Below are positions 13,685 through 26,325 of a stretch of 64,000 bases of DNA, in pieces. How positions within the stretch are numbered: the first letter of the stretch is position 1; every line of letters starts with the position of its first letter. The notes below the pieces were generated by a model. That model was not told the origin of the DNA. It worked only from the letters and a program-made list of their open reading frames with translations, and searched no databases. The stretch is taken from contig NMRA01000798.1 of the NCBI GenBank assembly GCA_002633005.1, forward strand, positions 59,517 to 123,516, given 5' to 3'. The position numbers were made by a program, and so were the translations under genes. Origin of the DNA: Phoronis australis. Lineage: Eukaryota; Animalia; Phoronida.

Positions 13685-15292
13685 TCTTTGACAAGTACAC
13701 TGTGTCCGTTCCGAAAGGCCACACCATAATAGGGCACGTCCCTCGTAAGATCAGCAAAACTTGTGTTCTTTTTGAATCTCAGCGGAACTTAAAGTTTGCG
13801 CGCACCCACGGCTAAATACAGCTATAGCGGCGAGGCTCGTAGTCTACACTGAAATTCCGCGCACAATGTTTTTTTCAGGATTGTCGGATCTTACTGATAA
13901 ATTGAAGACGTTACTGTAGAATTTTAGAACTATAGGTAAGGCATTTTCCGTATGTGCACGGCGTTCATGGACTGGGCGCTTATTTTAACAAAGTCTGAAA
14001 ACGCGTGGGGGCGCTTATAGGGGCATGAGCGCTTATTAGGGCGAATGTTGGCTTCTGGAATGTCTAGCATTTAATTTGTGTCAGCAGGTTAAGGTCAAAC
14101 TTTTAAGCTTAACGGTTAAATTTTCTGTTCTTAAAAGAGCTCTGAACAGAACACTAAGGATATGTCCAACTAAAATTTGACTTTACTCATTCATTGTGGT
14201 TCCCTTGTTTCCATAAATCAATGCAAGTTATAATCTCAATACCATTCTTCTTACACAGTGTAGATACATGTATCTTGCAAGAAAAAAATAACATCCAAAA
14301 CTAAACAAAGCGTGTGGAAAGCATTTTTAAAAACGAATATGTATTTAATAACATTAATCACAAGTTCCAATACTTAAAGATGTAGCAGACTTGAGGCTTA
14401 CAGGAAGACATTGACAAACACTTACTGGTTGGCAGTTTCAACTCTCTACACATATGAAACATAGGCTCATTAGTCATACTGAATAAATCAGATGTGGCAT
14501 GGGTCTCTGCAGGCTTTTTGTAAAGCTGTACACTAAATATGTATTTTGACATTAGTCTTCATACAACTAGCTGGCTGGTTAGTGGCTTCTCAGTCACTCC
14601 AGTCAATCCTATTCACAAAACACATGTCAAGTACAAAGGACTTCCTGGAAATGCAGGTGTCCACACATGCACAAGGTCAAAGTTGCAAATTTGTCTGCAA
14701 ACAGCTCAGGAAACTGAAATGTTTCTAATTTTTATCCCTGAACAAATAATGCCAAGCCCCTGAACAAGACAAGCAAACGTGCAGCCAACCTCAGCTCGGT
14801 GGATTAAATGTGTTCAGTATAAAACATTAACTCCAATGAAAACCTAGCAAACAATATACAGTGAGATGCAGAGTCACTTAATAAAAAATCTTCTAAAGAA
14901 ATAATACTCTCATAACAACATTATATAAAACAACACATTCTGCAATTTCAGTAGCCGTACACTTGTAACAATGCAAAAGACTCTATAGAACAACACTCCG
15001 TTGTCAGACTAGATCACTTACTGTAAAACAGTTCTTATATTCAAGAGCAATGTTGCTAAAACATGGTTGCATATTAGAACAGAAATGAATAACTTTAGAA
15101 ATTGGAAATAGCACCAAAGAAAAGTAAAGGTAATGGAAAACGTCCTGAAATAAAATTACATACAACTTTTTAAGCTCATGAGTTTTACAAATTAGAAGCA
15201 AGAAGATGATTGTCTGAAGTGAAGACAAAGATACAACTAGCGAAGCGTGGGTGGCACCTGATCGGTTCAGCTTGTTCTTCTTTTCCACCTGC

Positions 15293-15643
15293 TTATAAAC
15301 TGCCAATATCACTAAACTGCTTCAGTTTGTTGGGGAACTGGTCCTTGAATAACACTGGGTCAGCCCTATACTCCACAGTCTTGAGAGGAACCATGCCATA
15401 GGCATCACTGAAGGTGTTGATGCACTCAGATCTCTCCACCATGTAACCCGTGTCAACAGACAGAGACTCTGTATTGATGCACTCGGGACATTTGAATTTT
15501 TTCCTAGGAGTGACCTTGAGTGGTGCTTTGCCAGTTCTGTTGGTGATTAGGAAGTTCATGGCTATATCTTCACAATTCATGTGATCATCCACCCAAGTCT
15601 TGATATTGGAAGGCATGGTGTTTGTGTACAGGTAGTTAAAGTG
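15293..15643 (-). CDS. EXT2: EXT2 terminal coding exon 11
   Basis: HFNYLYT...[13 protein letters not shown]...[13 protein letters not shown]...[24 protein letters not shown] then TAA. The 11 exons sum to 2094 nt, giving 697 aa plus stop in one frame. Confidence 0.97.
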   Translation of the reverse strand, partial: HFNYLYTNTMPSNIKTWVDDHMNCEDIAMNFLITNRTGKAPLKVTPRKKFKCPECINTESLSVDTGYMVERSECINTFSDAYGMVPLKTVEYRADPVLFKDQFPNKLKQFSDIGSL

Positions 15644-16530
15644 CTGAAATTTCAATGGAAACGTCTACTCACACAATAAAGCACTTTAAAACATTTTAGC
15701 TTAAATGCTTTAGATTAAAATGTTTTAAATGAGTTGTGTGAATGCAAACTGCAATTTTTTACGCTTAAAATGTATAACACTTAAAAACACGATTTCTGAA
15801 ATCTATTTGCCTGTTCAGACCAATCTCTAGTCTATTTACACTAACACGAGATTTCAGTCGTTCACTTTTCTGGTCATCATTGCAAACTGAATAGGCTAGA
15901 GGTTGGTCTAAATAGGTCAACCAATTTTCATTGCTTGATATCAGTTTGAACATTTTTTTATTTCATCAAGATGACTCGTCAGTTCACTTGATGTACCAAG
16001 CTTAGGCTTAAGCACAAACAAACTGTCAGTTCCTCCTAAGCCCTTAGCCCAGATATCATCTCCATATTTCATTAAGGATAAAGTTGAGATAAACTTCATA
16101 AATGTAAGTGGAGCCAATCAAAAGTTAATTTTTGAAAGAAGGCACGTTTATAGAAGCTTTTGTGAGTGGTCACAAGACATTTGTTCATATTATACTCTTT
16201 GATTGCACAGTAAACCGAGATCAGAGTGAGACTCAAACAAGACACGGATATTCATTTTTGATGGATAGCAAATTTAGAGCAGCTTTAAACAAACCTGTTC
16301 AATTATAACGAGATGATATTAGTCCTGCAAGGATCAGCCCAAATTCATACTAGACTCAAACTGAGTATCTTAATGCACTTGAACGTTCCTTGTTAAAGCT
16401 GGCTAGGCTTTAGTCTTATTTCTTTGCTAAAACGTTTTAACGTGGCTCATTAATACTCTCTCTAGTACACAAGTATGATAACAAAAAGCCAGCATGTTTA
16501 AACAAGTCATGTGGCCATAACACAACCAAC

Positions 16531-16674
16531 CTTGTGATAAAATGCTGCTCCAGTCAAGACTATGGAGATTTCATTCGTCCATTCTGATTCGTACTTCCAT
16601 TTACTGGTCGAGTTGTCCCACAAATGTAAACGAGATGGGAATCCGACTAAACGATCAGGAAATTCACGCCACAC
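16531..16674 (-). CDS. EXT2: EXT2 coding exon 10
   Basis: [48 protein letters not shown]; 144 nt. Confidence 0.97.
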
Positions 16675-17680
16675 CTGAAAAATGATACCTTTCACGTATA
16701 ACTTGGGAGGCATGTGCTACCACATGGCTACTATTTAAAAGGCAGTCATTGTACTTCAGTGAAAGGGGTCCTGTATAAGACTCACCTGTCTTTCTGGAAC
16801 TACCAAAAGGTGATATTTAAGAATCTCCATGTTTTATGTTTGTACACTATGCAGTTTTATTGAGTTCAAATAGGAAAGTTTCATCTGCATTTGAATATAT
16901 TACCTTAGAATATGTAATCTAAGGTATGGAAACTACTTTGAAAATTACATTTAGTCAAGAGTGCCAGTTTCAGATCATGTTACAGTATACATCAAATGTA
17001 AGCAAACAACATTCTGTTTCCTCTGCCAAAATGGACAATTGCTTTCACACCAAGTATTCTTGGTAATGGGTCATTAAGATTATGTAGAGCCTTATGGGCA
17101 AGTCTGTATTTACCCACATACTTACAAAACTGCACACTTTGACATAGTAAAAATATTCTCGGAAAACAGAAAGCCAGCAGAATTTGATTATTTTTTATCA
17201 ATCTGCCATTAATTGGATCATGTGACTGTGTATTCAGTCAGGAAAAAGAAAGGTACACTGACTGCAAAACAATGTTAACACAATTAGGTCAAATTTCATT
17301 TGATATAAACGTTCAAGATGAAATGTCAAAATGCTGTTATTTTTCTAAATTAAAATATGTCCTTGTTTTTATAACATTTGGGTTTTTTTCTAAAATTTGA
17401 TAACCTCTCATGCAAAAATTGAATATTTCAAAATCATTTCCTAACTGTGTTTGAGAATAGCCATTTCTGAGATATGATGTTCTGAAGTTAGTCAAATTTG
17501 GACACTTTTCTATAGTTCTAAACAACTGTAACTTTACAAAATCTTAACTACACAAGCATATTCATCCTGTTAAGCCATTACAAAAATTTCACTTGTTCTC
17601 AGCTGCCATAACAGGAATTCCCAGTCATTTTATATCCATAACAGTGCTGTGTTAAGTGGAACAAAAAGTCCAAGAGTTAC

Positions 17681-17777
17681 CTGATAGCCAAACTCCATTT
17701 CATCGGCTGTCAACATTACTATGTCATCATCAAGAGCCAGGACACAGTCAGTTTCAATCTCATCATAAGGGAAAAAC
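17681..17777 (-). CDS. EXT2: EXT2 coding exon 9 (DXD-type motif)
   Basis: [32 protein letters not shown]; 97 nt; AG/GTAACT boundaries. Confidence 0.96.
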
Positions 17778-17848
17778 CTGAAATTTTAAGCGAACCAGCT
17801 GCAATCTCTTCTTCCATGCGTGTAAAATATGTAAGCGTGTTACATTCC

Positions 17849-18019
17849 GTGAGTAGCATATCACTTAGCAGTGTATGAATCTTGTGTAAATATGATGTTA
17901 GCTGTTCTTACACTCTGTAAGTAGCATACCACTTAGCAGTGTATGAATCTTGTGTAAATATGATGTTAGCTGTTCTTACACTCTGTGAGTAGCATAACAC
18001 TTAGCCGTGTATCAATCTT
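17849..18019. repeat. 68 bp tandem repeat, ~2.5 copies
   Basis: (G/A)AGTAGCATA..CACTTAGC units start at 17851, 17919 and 17987. Confidence 0.9.
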
Positions 18020-18190
18020 ACATGGATATGCACCAAACTCTTTAAACATGCAAACACAATACAACACAAAATGTAAGCCTTCAGATTACAACAAATTGTT
18101 CAATAGAATAGCAGTCTACAAAGAACGGGAATTTGTCATCCAAGTATCTCCAAAAATGCTGTAAGCTGCCTTTCGCCGTTCAGCCAATAA

Positions 18191-18484
18191 TAACAAGAGC
18201 AATGCGGAGCGTTGAAATGCGCCCACAATTGCACCGCATACGGTATCCTTCTAGGGTTGTTTATTGGTACCATAAAGTGGCCAGTAGAGGGCATACTTTG
18301 CAAAATGGAAAGGCATGGTCATTGTCTCCTCAATAGGCTAGGGGCAAAATGTGAGTAATCTTCATAATACAAGCACATCCTATACACCAGTTGCTTAAAG
18401 CACCACAGAAACATAGAATTAAAAACAAATTTACCAACATACGAGATTAGCACAGCATTAGAATGCCAGAAACAAATTTCTACT
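18191..18484 (-). mobile_element. 3' end of a HINE-type element next to an N gap
   Basis: Near-identical reverse complement of ~62294-62602; the same VEICFWHSNAVLISY pseudo-peptide appears in both ORF tracks. A matching minus-strand 5' end is at 24193-24240. Confidence 0.75.
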
Positions 18485-18678
18485 NNNNNNNNNNNNNNNN
18501 NNNNNNNNNNNNNNNNNNNNNNNNNNNNNNNNNNNNNNNNNNNNNNNNNNNNNNNNNNNNNNNNNNNNNNNNNNNNNNNNNNNNNNNNNNNNNNNNNNNN
18601 NNNNNNNNNNNNNNNNNNNNNNNNNNNNNNNNNNNNNNNNNNNNNNNNNNNNNNNNNNNNNNNNNNNNNNNNNNNNNN
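18485..18678. other. Assembly gap (N run)
   Basis: Run of N. A second gap is at 62141-62200 and single n bases are at 11494, 13661, 20293, 20986, 24192 and 37261. Confidence 1.
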
Positions 18679-21600
18679 CGGCCCCAGCTTATTAAAATCA
18701 CCTCGATCCAATAAAGTAATGGTCCGAGAACTCACTGAGAAAGTGAAGAGTGTGAAAGTTAAACTGTCAGACATAAAATTCACCGAGTTGCATTGTCTGT
18801 TGACATTTAGCTAAGCGGCTAAGCCTATACTTGTGGCTAAGCCTATGACCTACTTAAATATTGACGACTTGTTTAGTTGTTTGCAGTTGATAATTCTTGA
18901 AACACTAAGAGAAATTGCAAAGCATTATTACTTTGAGATAGTACCACCGTCTCAACTGCAGTAGAGATGACAGTTGTCCAATAGGCCCTCCACCAGTTGG
19001 AAGTTTTTTGGCGAATTGTGCCACATTGATTAAACCATCGAAGTCATGTTGCTGCAACGAACTTTTGCAGATAGGGGGATACCTTAGGGGAATGGTAATG
19101 TCTTAAACTCTTCCGAGCTCGGTCAAATACGAACGGGCATTAGGAGTCAATTTTCTGTCCTTCGTTACGGTAACAAAATCATGGGCTGACCATTTTTGGG
19201 AAACTGGCCCAATTCTGTATTGATTGAATCATTGCTATAGCGTTTTGAAATCACATTGAGATCGACCTCCATGACGGAGTAAATCAACCATTAAAGCACT
19301 ACACTGGTGATCAGGAGAGTGTACTAGTGCTTGAAACTTGGCCGCAAGGGTTGTACCACTCATACCTGTGCAAAATGATATTGTAGATGAACAAAGAAAC
19401 GAATCACAAAGAAATCTTGATTACCAAAGTATTTGTTCAAGTTGGAAGGAATTAAAGACATCGACAGCCTCCTAAGGTGACCATGTCCATGTTATGAAGG
19501 TACTTAAGGCAGCATGACTTTGATGGTTTAGTTTGTGCGAGGTACGAGTTGCCAAAAGGCTGCTTGCTGCCCCTGGAACCCCCTGTGCCACCAGTTATGG
19601 CCCAGTTCAGACAGCAATTCTGTTTTAGTGGCAAGCTGTGCATTTTGCCAGATTGAGTACTTGCAAAGTAGGTACAAAACCATGTCTCATGGATTTGAAG
19701 CCTTGTTATCTTGTTGTACCTTATTTGCAGACCTATGTGTATTGACATTAAGTGGTATTATAATCAGAGATCAAGAGGACTACCTTCTTCAAAGATATTA
19801 TGCGAGATCTGGAAGAAAATCCACTGCTAAAACCCCATTAATCAAAAGTTCGCTGCCCTACAGAGGTTAACAAAGTAAACGCACAAACGTTCGTTGATCA
19901 ATTTTCAAAATTCAAAAATACATTAACTGAGGATAATTTTTGGTAACAAATTCCAATTCGCAACAAGAAATTTAGTAATGAATTGCACTCGCATTTATTG
20001 TGATGGTTATTCATGTAGTTTGGTTGTTATTATGACGGCGAATTGTACCACCTGTATGCTTTGACATCTGTACCTGTAGTTAATAACTAGGTTATTGTAA
20101 TTTCATTTTTGCACTGTAGGTATGAAGTGGCACAAAGTGAAAGATGTTCAACAATGTCTAGACAAGTGTCCACAGAGTCAGAACCTAAAGCCGTATCAGC
20201 AACACCTGCAACTGCCCAGTTTGTTCAAAGGTATTCTAGAAATTATTTTTTCAGTGAAAGCATATTGTCTACATCTTCACCTACTAGTATTNGTCCATTC
20301 AAACAAAACGTACAACGTAATGTCTGTTCTATGCTCAGCCAGTGCGACAAAGCCTTGACTTTCAGTACTTCCTACAACTGCTGGTGCAAGAACATGCTAC
20401 TTTTGACAGTTCTTTGTTCTCTAGCCACAGGTAAAGTGTTAGACAAGTTCTGTGCAATTGAAACTGTGCAACGGCTGATGCTGTAGCCAATGAATAATGT
20501 TATGAACTATGAAAGTACCTAGATGTTCTATTATTTTCTCCTCTGGAATGATAATTAGATGCTCCATGGACAGTAGAAATAAAATTATTTTCAATTAATG
20601 TTGCTGCAATTTCTGATGTTTTTAGTGGGACAAATTTGCTGGAAGTGCGATTTATCATTCCATTTGTCCAAAGGTGTGTAGATTGATTCTGTCTTTTTAT
20701 TTCTAAACACAGTTATGTTGCTCAAGTGGAATGACCTCTTATTTCGTGCATTATGTAACTTTGTATCCTTCCATGAGTCCACGCATCATTGATGTTTCAT
20801 TGTAGTCGGATGTAAAAGTGGAGGTCAGCTCCATAAAACAGAAGTTGATTGCAAACCACAGATTTGTGCAAATCCCTAAAATGCTAAGTGCTTGTAGTTA
20901 TAGTCAGTGAAAATGTGTAACATACTTTGAAAAAAAGCAAAATTATTTGGATCATGATGATGCTCGATAAAATAAAACTTTTGAANTGATGTTTCATTGT
21001 AGTCAGATGTAAAAGTGGAGGTCAGCTCAATAAAACAGAAGTTGATTGCAAACCACAGATTTTTGCAAATCCCTAAATTGCAAAGTGCTTGTAGTTATAG
21101 TCAGTGAAAATGTGTAACATACTTTGAAAAAAAGCAAAATTATTTGGATCATGATGATGCTCGATAAAATAAAACTTTTTGAATGCTGTTGTGACTGAAT
21201 GTTCATTATGATGCATATTGCAAACTATTACTGGGTGAACAAATAGGTCAATATATTTACCACCAGTCCTTGGAACATATGTGTCTGTGACTTATTATCA
21301 TCACATCTTTCCATGTAATGACAATGTAAATTATCAGATGACTGGAGTTAACAGCTATTGAAATATTAGGAGATAAAAAAGATACCAAAATTTAGCATTA
21401 GAAAGCTCATCTTCCCAATTTTTAAGTTTTATTTAAAAATTCGCCGTGAAGCACCTTGTAATTGGTTAGAATTACTGTAAGTAACAGTGTGATTACTAAG
21501 GCATAATTTTAATATAATTACTAAGTTGGTCAAGTCATTGCACTTGGCCATTTGAACCCTAAAATGCATTGACTACATGTACTTTGGGCCAACTGGGTGC

Positions 21601-22639
21601 ATTTGGCCCCAGAATTCAAGAAAACCCTGGGCCAGAATTTTTGGGGGATTTTTTGATCGGTAAACAAGAAAGTTCGATGAAGTTTTTCAGAGAAATTCAG
21701 ATTACATTTTCTTCCACCACAGCTGAGGATTTAGCTAACTGCACTTGCACTACTCCGCCACTTACTAAACGGTGAATACGCCAGTGGCGGATCTAGGATA
21801 CCACAAGGGGGGCCCAACATGACACCTCGGAGAAATTGGCAAAGCTCGATTGTATGCACAGGTGGCTCGAATGTTGTGGGGGTTGGCGATACGGACCTGG
21901 TGTTCCGGAATTCTACCGTTGGGCTCAATATTTTTTCACGCTTCATGCTGTTGCTGTGTAATTGGCCTGTACGCAATCATCACGTAGTAATAATTAGCAA
22001 TCACCCGAAATACATTTTAGTTATAAATCCTACGTACAGTCACGATGCATTGAAATGTTTTTAGCAAAATGTTATTGTTCATGTTTACTATAGATTATAC
22101 ACAACATAGTCTACGATGTTGACCGTACGCCGATCGGTGAGCCAGACTATTTTCATTCATTAAACGATAAGACATGAATAGAACGTTTTCCGTTTGAAAT
22201 GCACATAAGTGAAATCCTGGGCAAAAAGTATATTAGATCATACTTGGGAGAGCATAGAAACCAAATAAATCGATAACTTACTTCAGAAGTGGGACTTCTT
22301 TGAGTCAATCGAGGTGTCGATGTGCTTTCGAAACCAGCCATCACTGTTTTGCTTTCGGCGACCTTTCACCTCTCTGAGGTCATCAGGCCATTTCCAAATA
22401 AGGCACCGCAATGCATTTTGGGACTGTAATGTCGGACTTGACGAGCAAGAAGGCGTGTCTTTTTGGTCAACTTTCAAACGTAAAGAAAAATACTCCAAAC
22501 TCATCTAAAACTCACTATATTTACGAACCTTCAAAAAAAGTTGTACGCCACGATATGATACAGGTTTCATGCAAGATGAGTAACATTTACTTTCTTATTT
22601 TATGCTATTTTTCACGGTCCAAGCCACTTTAACACACCC

Positions 22640-22992
22640 TTCTTCTTCGGATTCCCATAACGCGCAGCCTTGTGCAATATAGGAATTTCGATTTTCGAAC
22701 GGGGTTTTCTCTAATAATCTATAAAATTGCCAATATTCCTCAGATTCCGATAACGTGCAGCCTTGCGCCACATAGGAATTTCGATTTTTGTGTGGGGAGT
22801 ACACGGGAAAATGAACACAATAACACATTCTGCGACATTTTGATCGGGTCTCTCTAATACCGGGTAATCTTTAAACTGCTAATCTTCTCCAGATTCGTAT
22901 AACGCGCAGCCTTGCGCGTTATAGGAATTTCGATTTTTGAACGTGTCTTTCTCTAATAATCTATAAAATTACCAATATCCTTCAGATTCCGG
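22640..22992. repeat. Degenerate ~90-150 bp tandem repeat
   Basis: GATTCC..TAACGCGCAGCCTTG..ATAGGAATTTCGATTTT recurs at ~22650, 22742 and 22891. Confidence 0.75.
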
Positions 22993-25239
22993 CACGTATC
23001 TCGAGACTACGAATTGTTTTCAAGTGAGTACTTCTTAACCCCTGCCCAATGAACAGAAGACGTTCTTCTGAAACCGAAGTAAACGGCCGAGAAATTTGCC
23101 GTTTACCCGGGCACTTGTGCTAGTTTCCGAAGGACGTCTTCTGTAAAGCCAGGACCCGAACTAGACAGTCGGTCACGGGTATTAACGTCAGGATATCCCG
23201 AAATCGGCGCCAAACCGAGTGGCCGGTGTGGCAACACTCAGTACTGAGTCATAGCTACCCCAGTCGAAACGGCCAGTGGCCCGCTGGGATGTTGATAGGT
23301 CCGCAGCCATGTTAGACCTCCCCTGGACTGTCCTTACGGCACTGAGAACGCGTCACGTCGCATGACGTAGACTATGGTTCACAGCCAGGTTAGGTTCGCG
23401 GGCCTGTCACACCCCGACGGCGAGTCCACATCGCGGATGTAGTCCACCCGCAGCCGGATCGGAGAGTGTGTACAACCCGGCCGCGGGTTTGCAACTCAGT
23501 GGCCACTGGCGGCAGGGCTCAGCTGTCAGTCCCCGGCCATGCATACAGGCAACGGTCGTGTCAGCAGGCAGCTGTCCATGACAGGTTCCTGGAGTGGGGT
23601 CACTTGTGGAGAGAGGAGTGAAGAAGACGTCTTTACATGAACACTACTTTATTGCGGACTGATTAACTACTGTACAACAACATGTTTTTGCAATACACAA
23701 GACCACATGCATATGAGTCACATTTCATAGAACTGTTTGGCAAGACTTATATCACTAATAAACCATTCTAACTAATTGTGCCATATAAGACAAGTGTAGT
23801 TCCAGTACAAATCACAATACTATTACACACTCATTGACAAGGTGCCGAGTACCAAAATTTGCCCGTAGGCCGCGATACTTTTTCAGCAAGTCTTGCGGGA
23901 CCCGCGTCAGTGGGGTCCAGTAGGCCCTTAAAGTCCTTCTCTCACGCGTTGTTAACCCTTATTACATGGTTAGAAGATGTTATAAGGATCCAAGAAGTAC
24001 CTACCCCATAACTAATACACGATCCGCACTCGAAAAAAGTTTAAATGAACGCGCTACTCACGATTTACACCCGAAGAAACACCGCCATTTTGAACTTGCC
24101 GCGAACCCGGAAGTACAATTCATTCAGGAACCCAGTCCGAGAAAACGACGTCAGTGCGACTGGAGCAGTGCATGTACTGTTACCAGCCACCNATGACGGC
24201 ATAATGCGTCCACATATAAATATGTGGGCGCATAAAAAAATGAAGTAGGACTTCTGACCTCATAAAATCAGCCTCACAATTGTGCTTACTTTAAAAGGAT
24301 TACCTTTCTGTTACCAGCAAGAACATCGAAACCATCCGTGACTCAAGAAAATGTTTCAGAGTTTATTGAGGCTGGCAAGCTGGTTTATTAAATGAGTAGT
24401 TTGTTAAAGCCTCTTAAAATGTTTGTGTTGTTCCAATCACTTATTAGAGCATTTAGCGGTCTTCATTCCACTGTATACGTTTGTTTGCTGGTAAGGCTTT
24501 AACCCCCCTGCCACTTTCAAGCTCCTTTTGTCATTGTGGTTGTATGGCAAGACGTTTCGCTAGTCTCACCAAACCTTAGTATCGCAACAGGGCACATAAT
24601 GTAAGTACAGTGCTAGGTAATGTTCATGTTTGGTTAGAAATTGTGTGTTTCCAGTTGCAGGCTTTTTTGTGGTTTCTGAGTTGTATTTTTAAGTTGCTTG
24701 CTGAAGTCACTGTCGTGATAGTAATATTTGTTAGTACCTGTCCTGATAATTTAATCTGCTTAGTTCTTGGAACCTCGTACATCGGTATTATGTATTTTAA
24801 TTACATCCGATTTTCAATTGCTATCATTTGGGGTTGGTTATTGTAGAGTTTGTTTACTCCAAGACTGATAATTATATAAACTTTCAGAGTGAATTATGGT
24901 ATTTGTAAGTTATTGTTTCTGTAGATTGTATGGTGTCTGTAAATGCTTTGTAACGTTAGTTTGTGTGCATGTTGTATGCTTGCAATGTTCGTGTATTGTC
25001 TTTAGTCAGTGGTTTTCTTTTTCTTTTTCTTTATTCCAGTTCAGGATACCGTATGAACGCTGATGATGAATGCAGGTGATGCTACATGAAAATAAAGACT
25101 GCGTCACATCGTAAAATACTCAGTTGTTGTGAAATGTCTCTCCGTGTCCCCACACTTGAGTAATTATTCTTTCTGCATGAAAATAATACCCACACAGTTG
25201 TGTGTGAATAGCAATTAGATCAGCAAACTTTACCAACAA

Positions 25240-26195
25240 GTGAGGGGAACTAGTTGGAAACATAACCTGCCTGAACGAAATTGCTAGATCTCTCACGTTC
25301 ATTGGAATACGCCTGCCAAATTTCATAATGATCCTGTAAAGGGTCAAGGAGATGAGATTTAGCCGTGGATGAAAAATATTTCGCAGCTAGAGAGTACCAG
25401 AATAGATGGAGTCACCCGAAAATTACAATCAGCTTGGTTCCTTCTAGTAGAAACACATCAGCCAAGTTTCATGAAAATTCTTAGAGCGGTTTTGCACTGC
25501 AAACAGTATGCTTCCAAGGGTGTTTATGAGTATCACTAAAATAGCCACTGGACGGCACAGAATATGTTGAACCAGTCCTCAAATGGGACGGTATTGTGAT
25601 CTCTAGAAAACTATTTGCCAAATTTTACACAGATCTTGCAAGGAGTTTAACAGATATAGCCATGAATGCAAAAAAATACCACTGGAGTCAGACCTGTTCA
25701 AAAATCAATGTCAGCCATGCTCGTCAGTAGGAACACATCATCTGTCAGTTTTGTAATGATTCCCTGAACACTTTTGTGGATAGAGAGGCTGTCACCAAAA
25801 TCTTCTAAAATAATAAAAAATGGCCACTAAGTGGTGTGACCACATTATATCTATGTCGCCACATAAAATGGCTACTAGGTCATGTAAAATACATCGAATC
25901 ACTCCAGAAATGGGAAGGCGTAGTCGTCTCTTTAGCAAATATTTGTTTGCCAAATTTCATGAAAAGGAAGTCTGAAGGTCAAGGGACAAATGCGAAAAAT
26001 GCTTGCCACTAGGAGGCACAGCGGTGGTCAGATCAGTCCGGTAGTCATTGTTATCTGTTATCGCATTCATAGAAATACACTAGCCCAATTTCACAACGAT
26101 CCTGTAAGGGGTTTAGGAGATGTAGCCACCATGGCCTGATGGCTGGACAAATATTGAGGCAATAAACGACCACATAACACGTGGGCACATAACAA
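25240..26195 (-). mobile_element. Older minus-strand HINE-type copy in EXT2 intron 8
   Basis: GCCACTAG(A/G)-type cores, CCAAATTTCATGAAAA motifs, and a 5' hairpin CCACATAACACGTGGGCACATAA at ~26170-26192. Confidence 0.6.
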
Positions 26196-26255
26196 GAGGG
26201 AGCGAGGGTAACAATGAGATCACAGGTGCACCTAAACAGTTGGACACTGAGTTAC

Positions 26256-26325
26256 CTGGTACTCAGTTTGTTGCGCTTCGTCTTGATCACTTGCAATGGT
26301 TTGTTGATCTTTGGCCAGGAAGACG
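26256..26325 (-). CDS. EXT2: EXT2 coding exon 8
   Basis: (A)SSWPKINKPLQVIKTKRNKLST(R); TTTTCAG/GTAACT boundaries; 70 nt; phases match both neighbours. Confidence 0.92.

Noticed and set aside
18319-18783. ORFs sharing VEICFWHSNAVLISY with 62106-62459
   Set aside because: They span N gaps and reflect two copies of the same non-coding repeat end.
19340-20490. Scattered 80-125 aa ORFs in EXT2 intron 8
   Set aside because: No recognisable domain or consistent splice pattern; cannot be supported without a database search.
20789-21183. Near-perfect ~197 bp tandem duplication
   Set aside because: The two copies are separated by a single n (20986), typical of unmerged contig or haplotype overlap rather than a real duplication.
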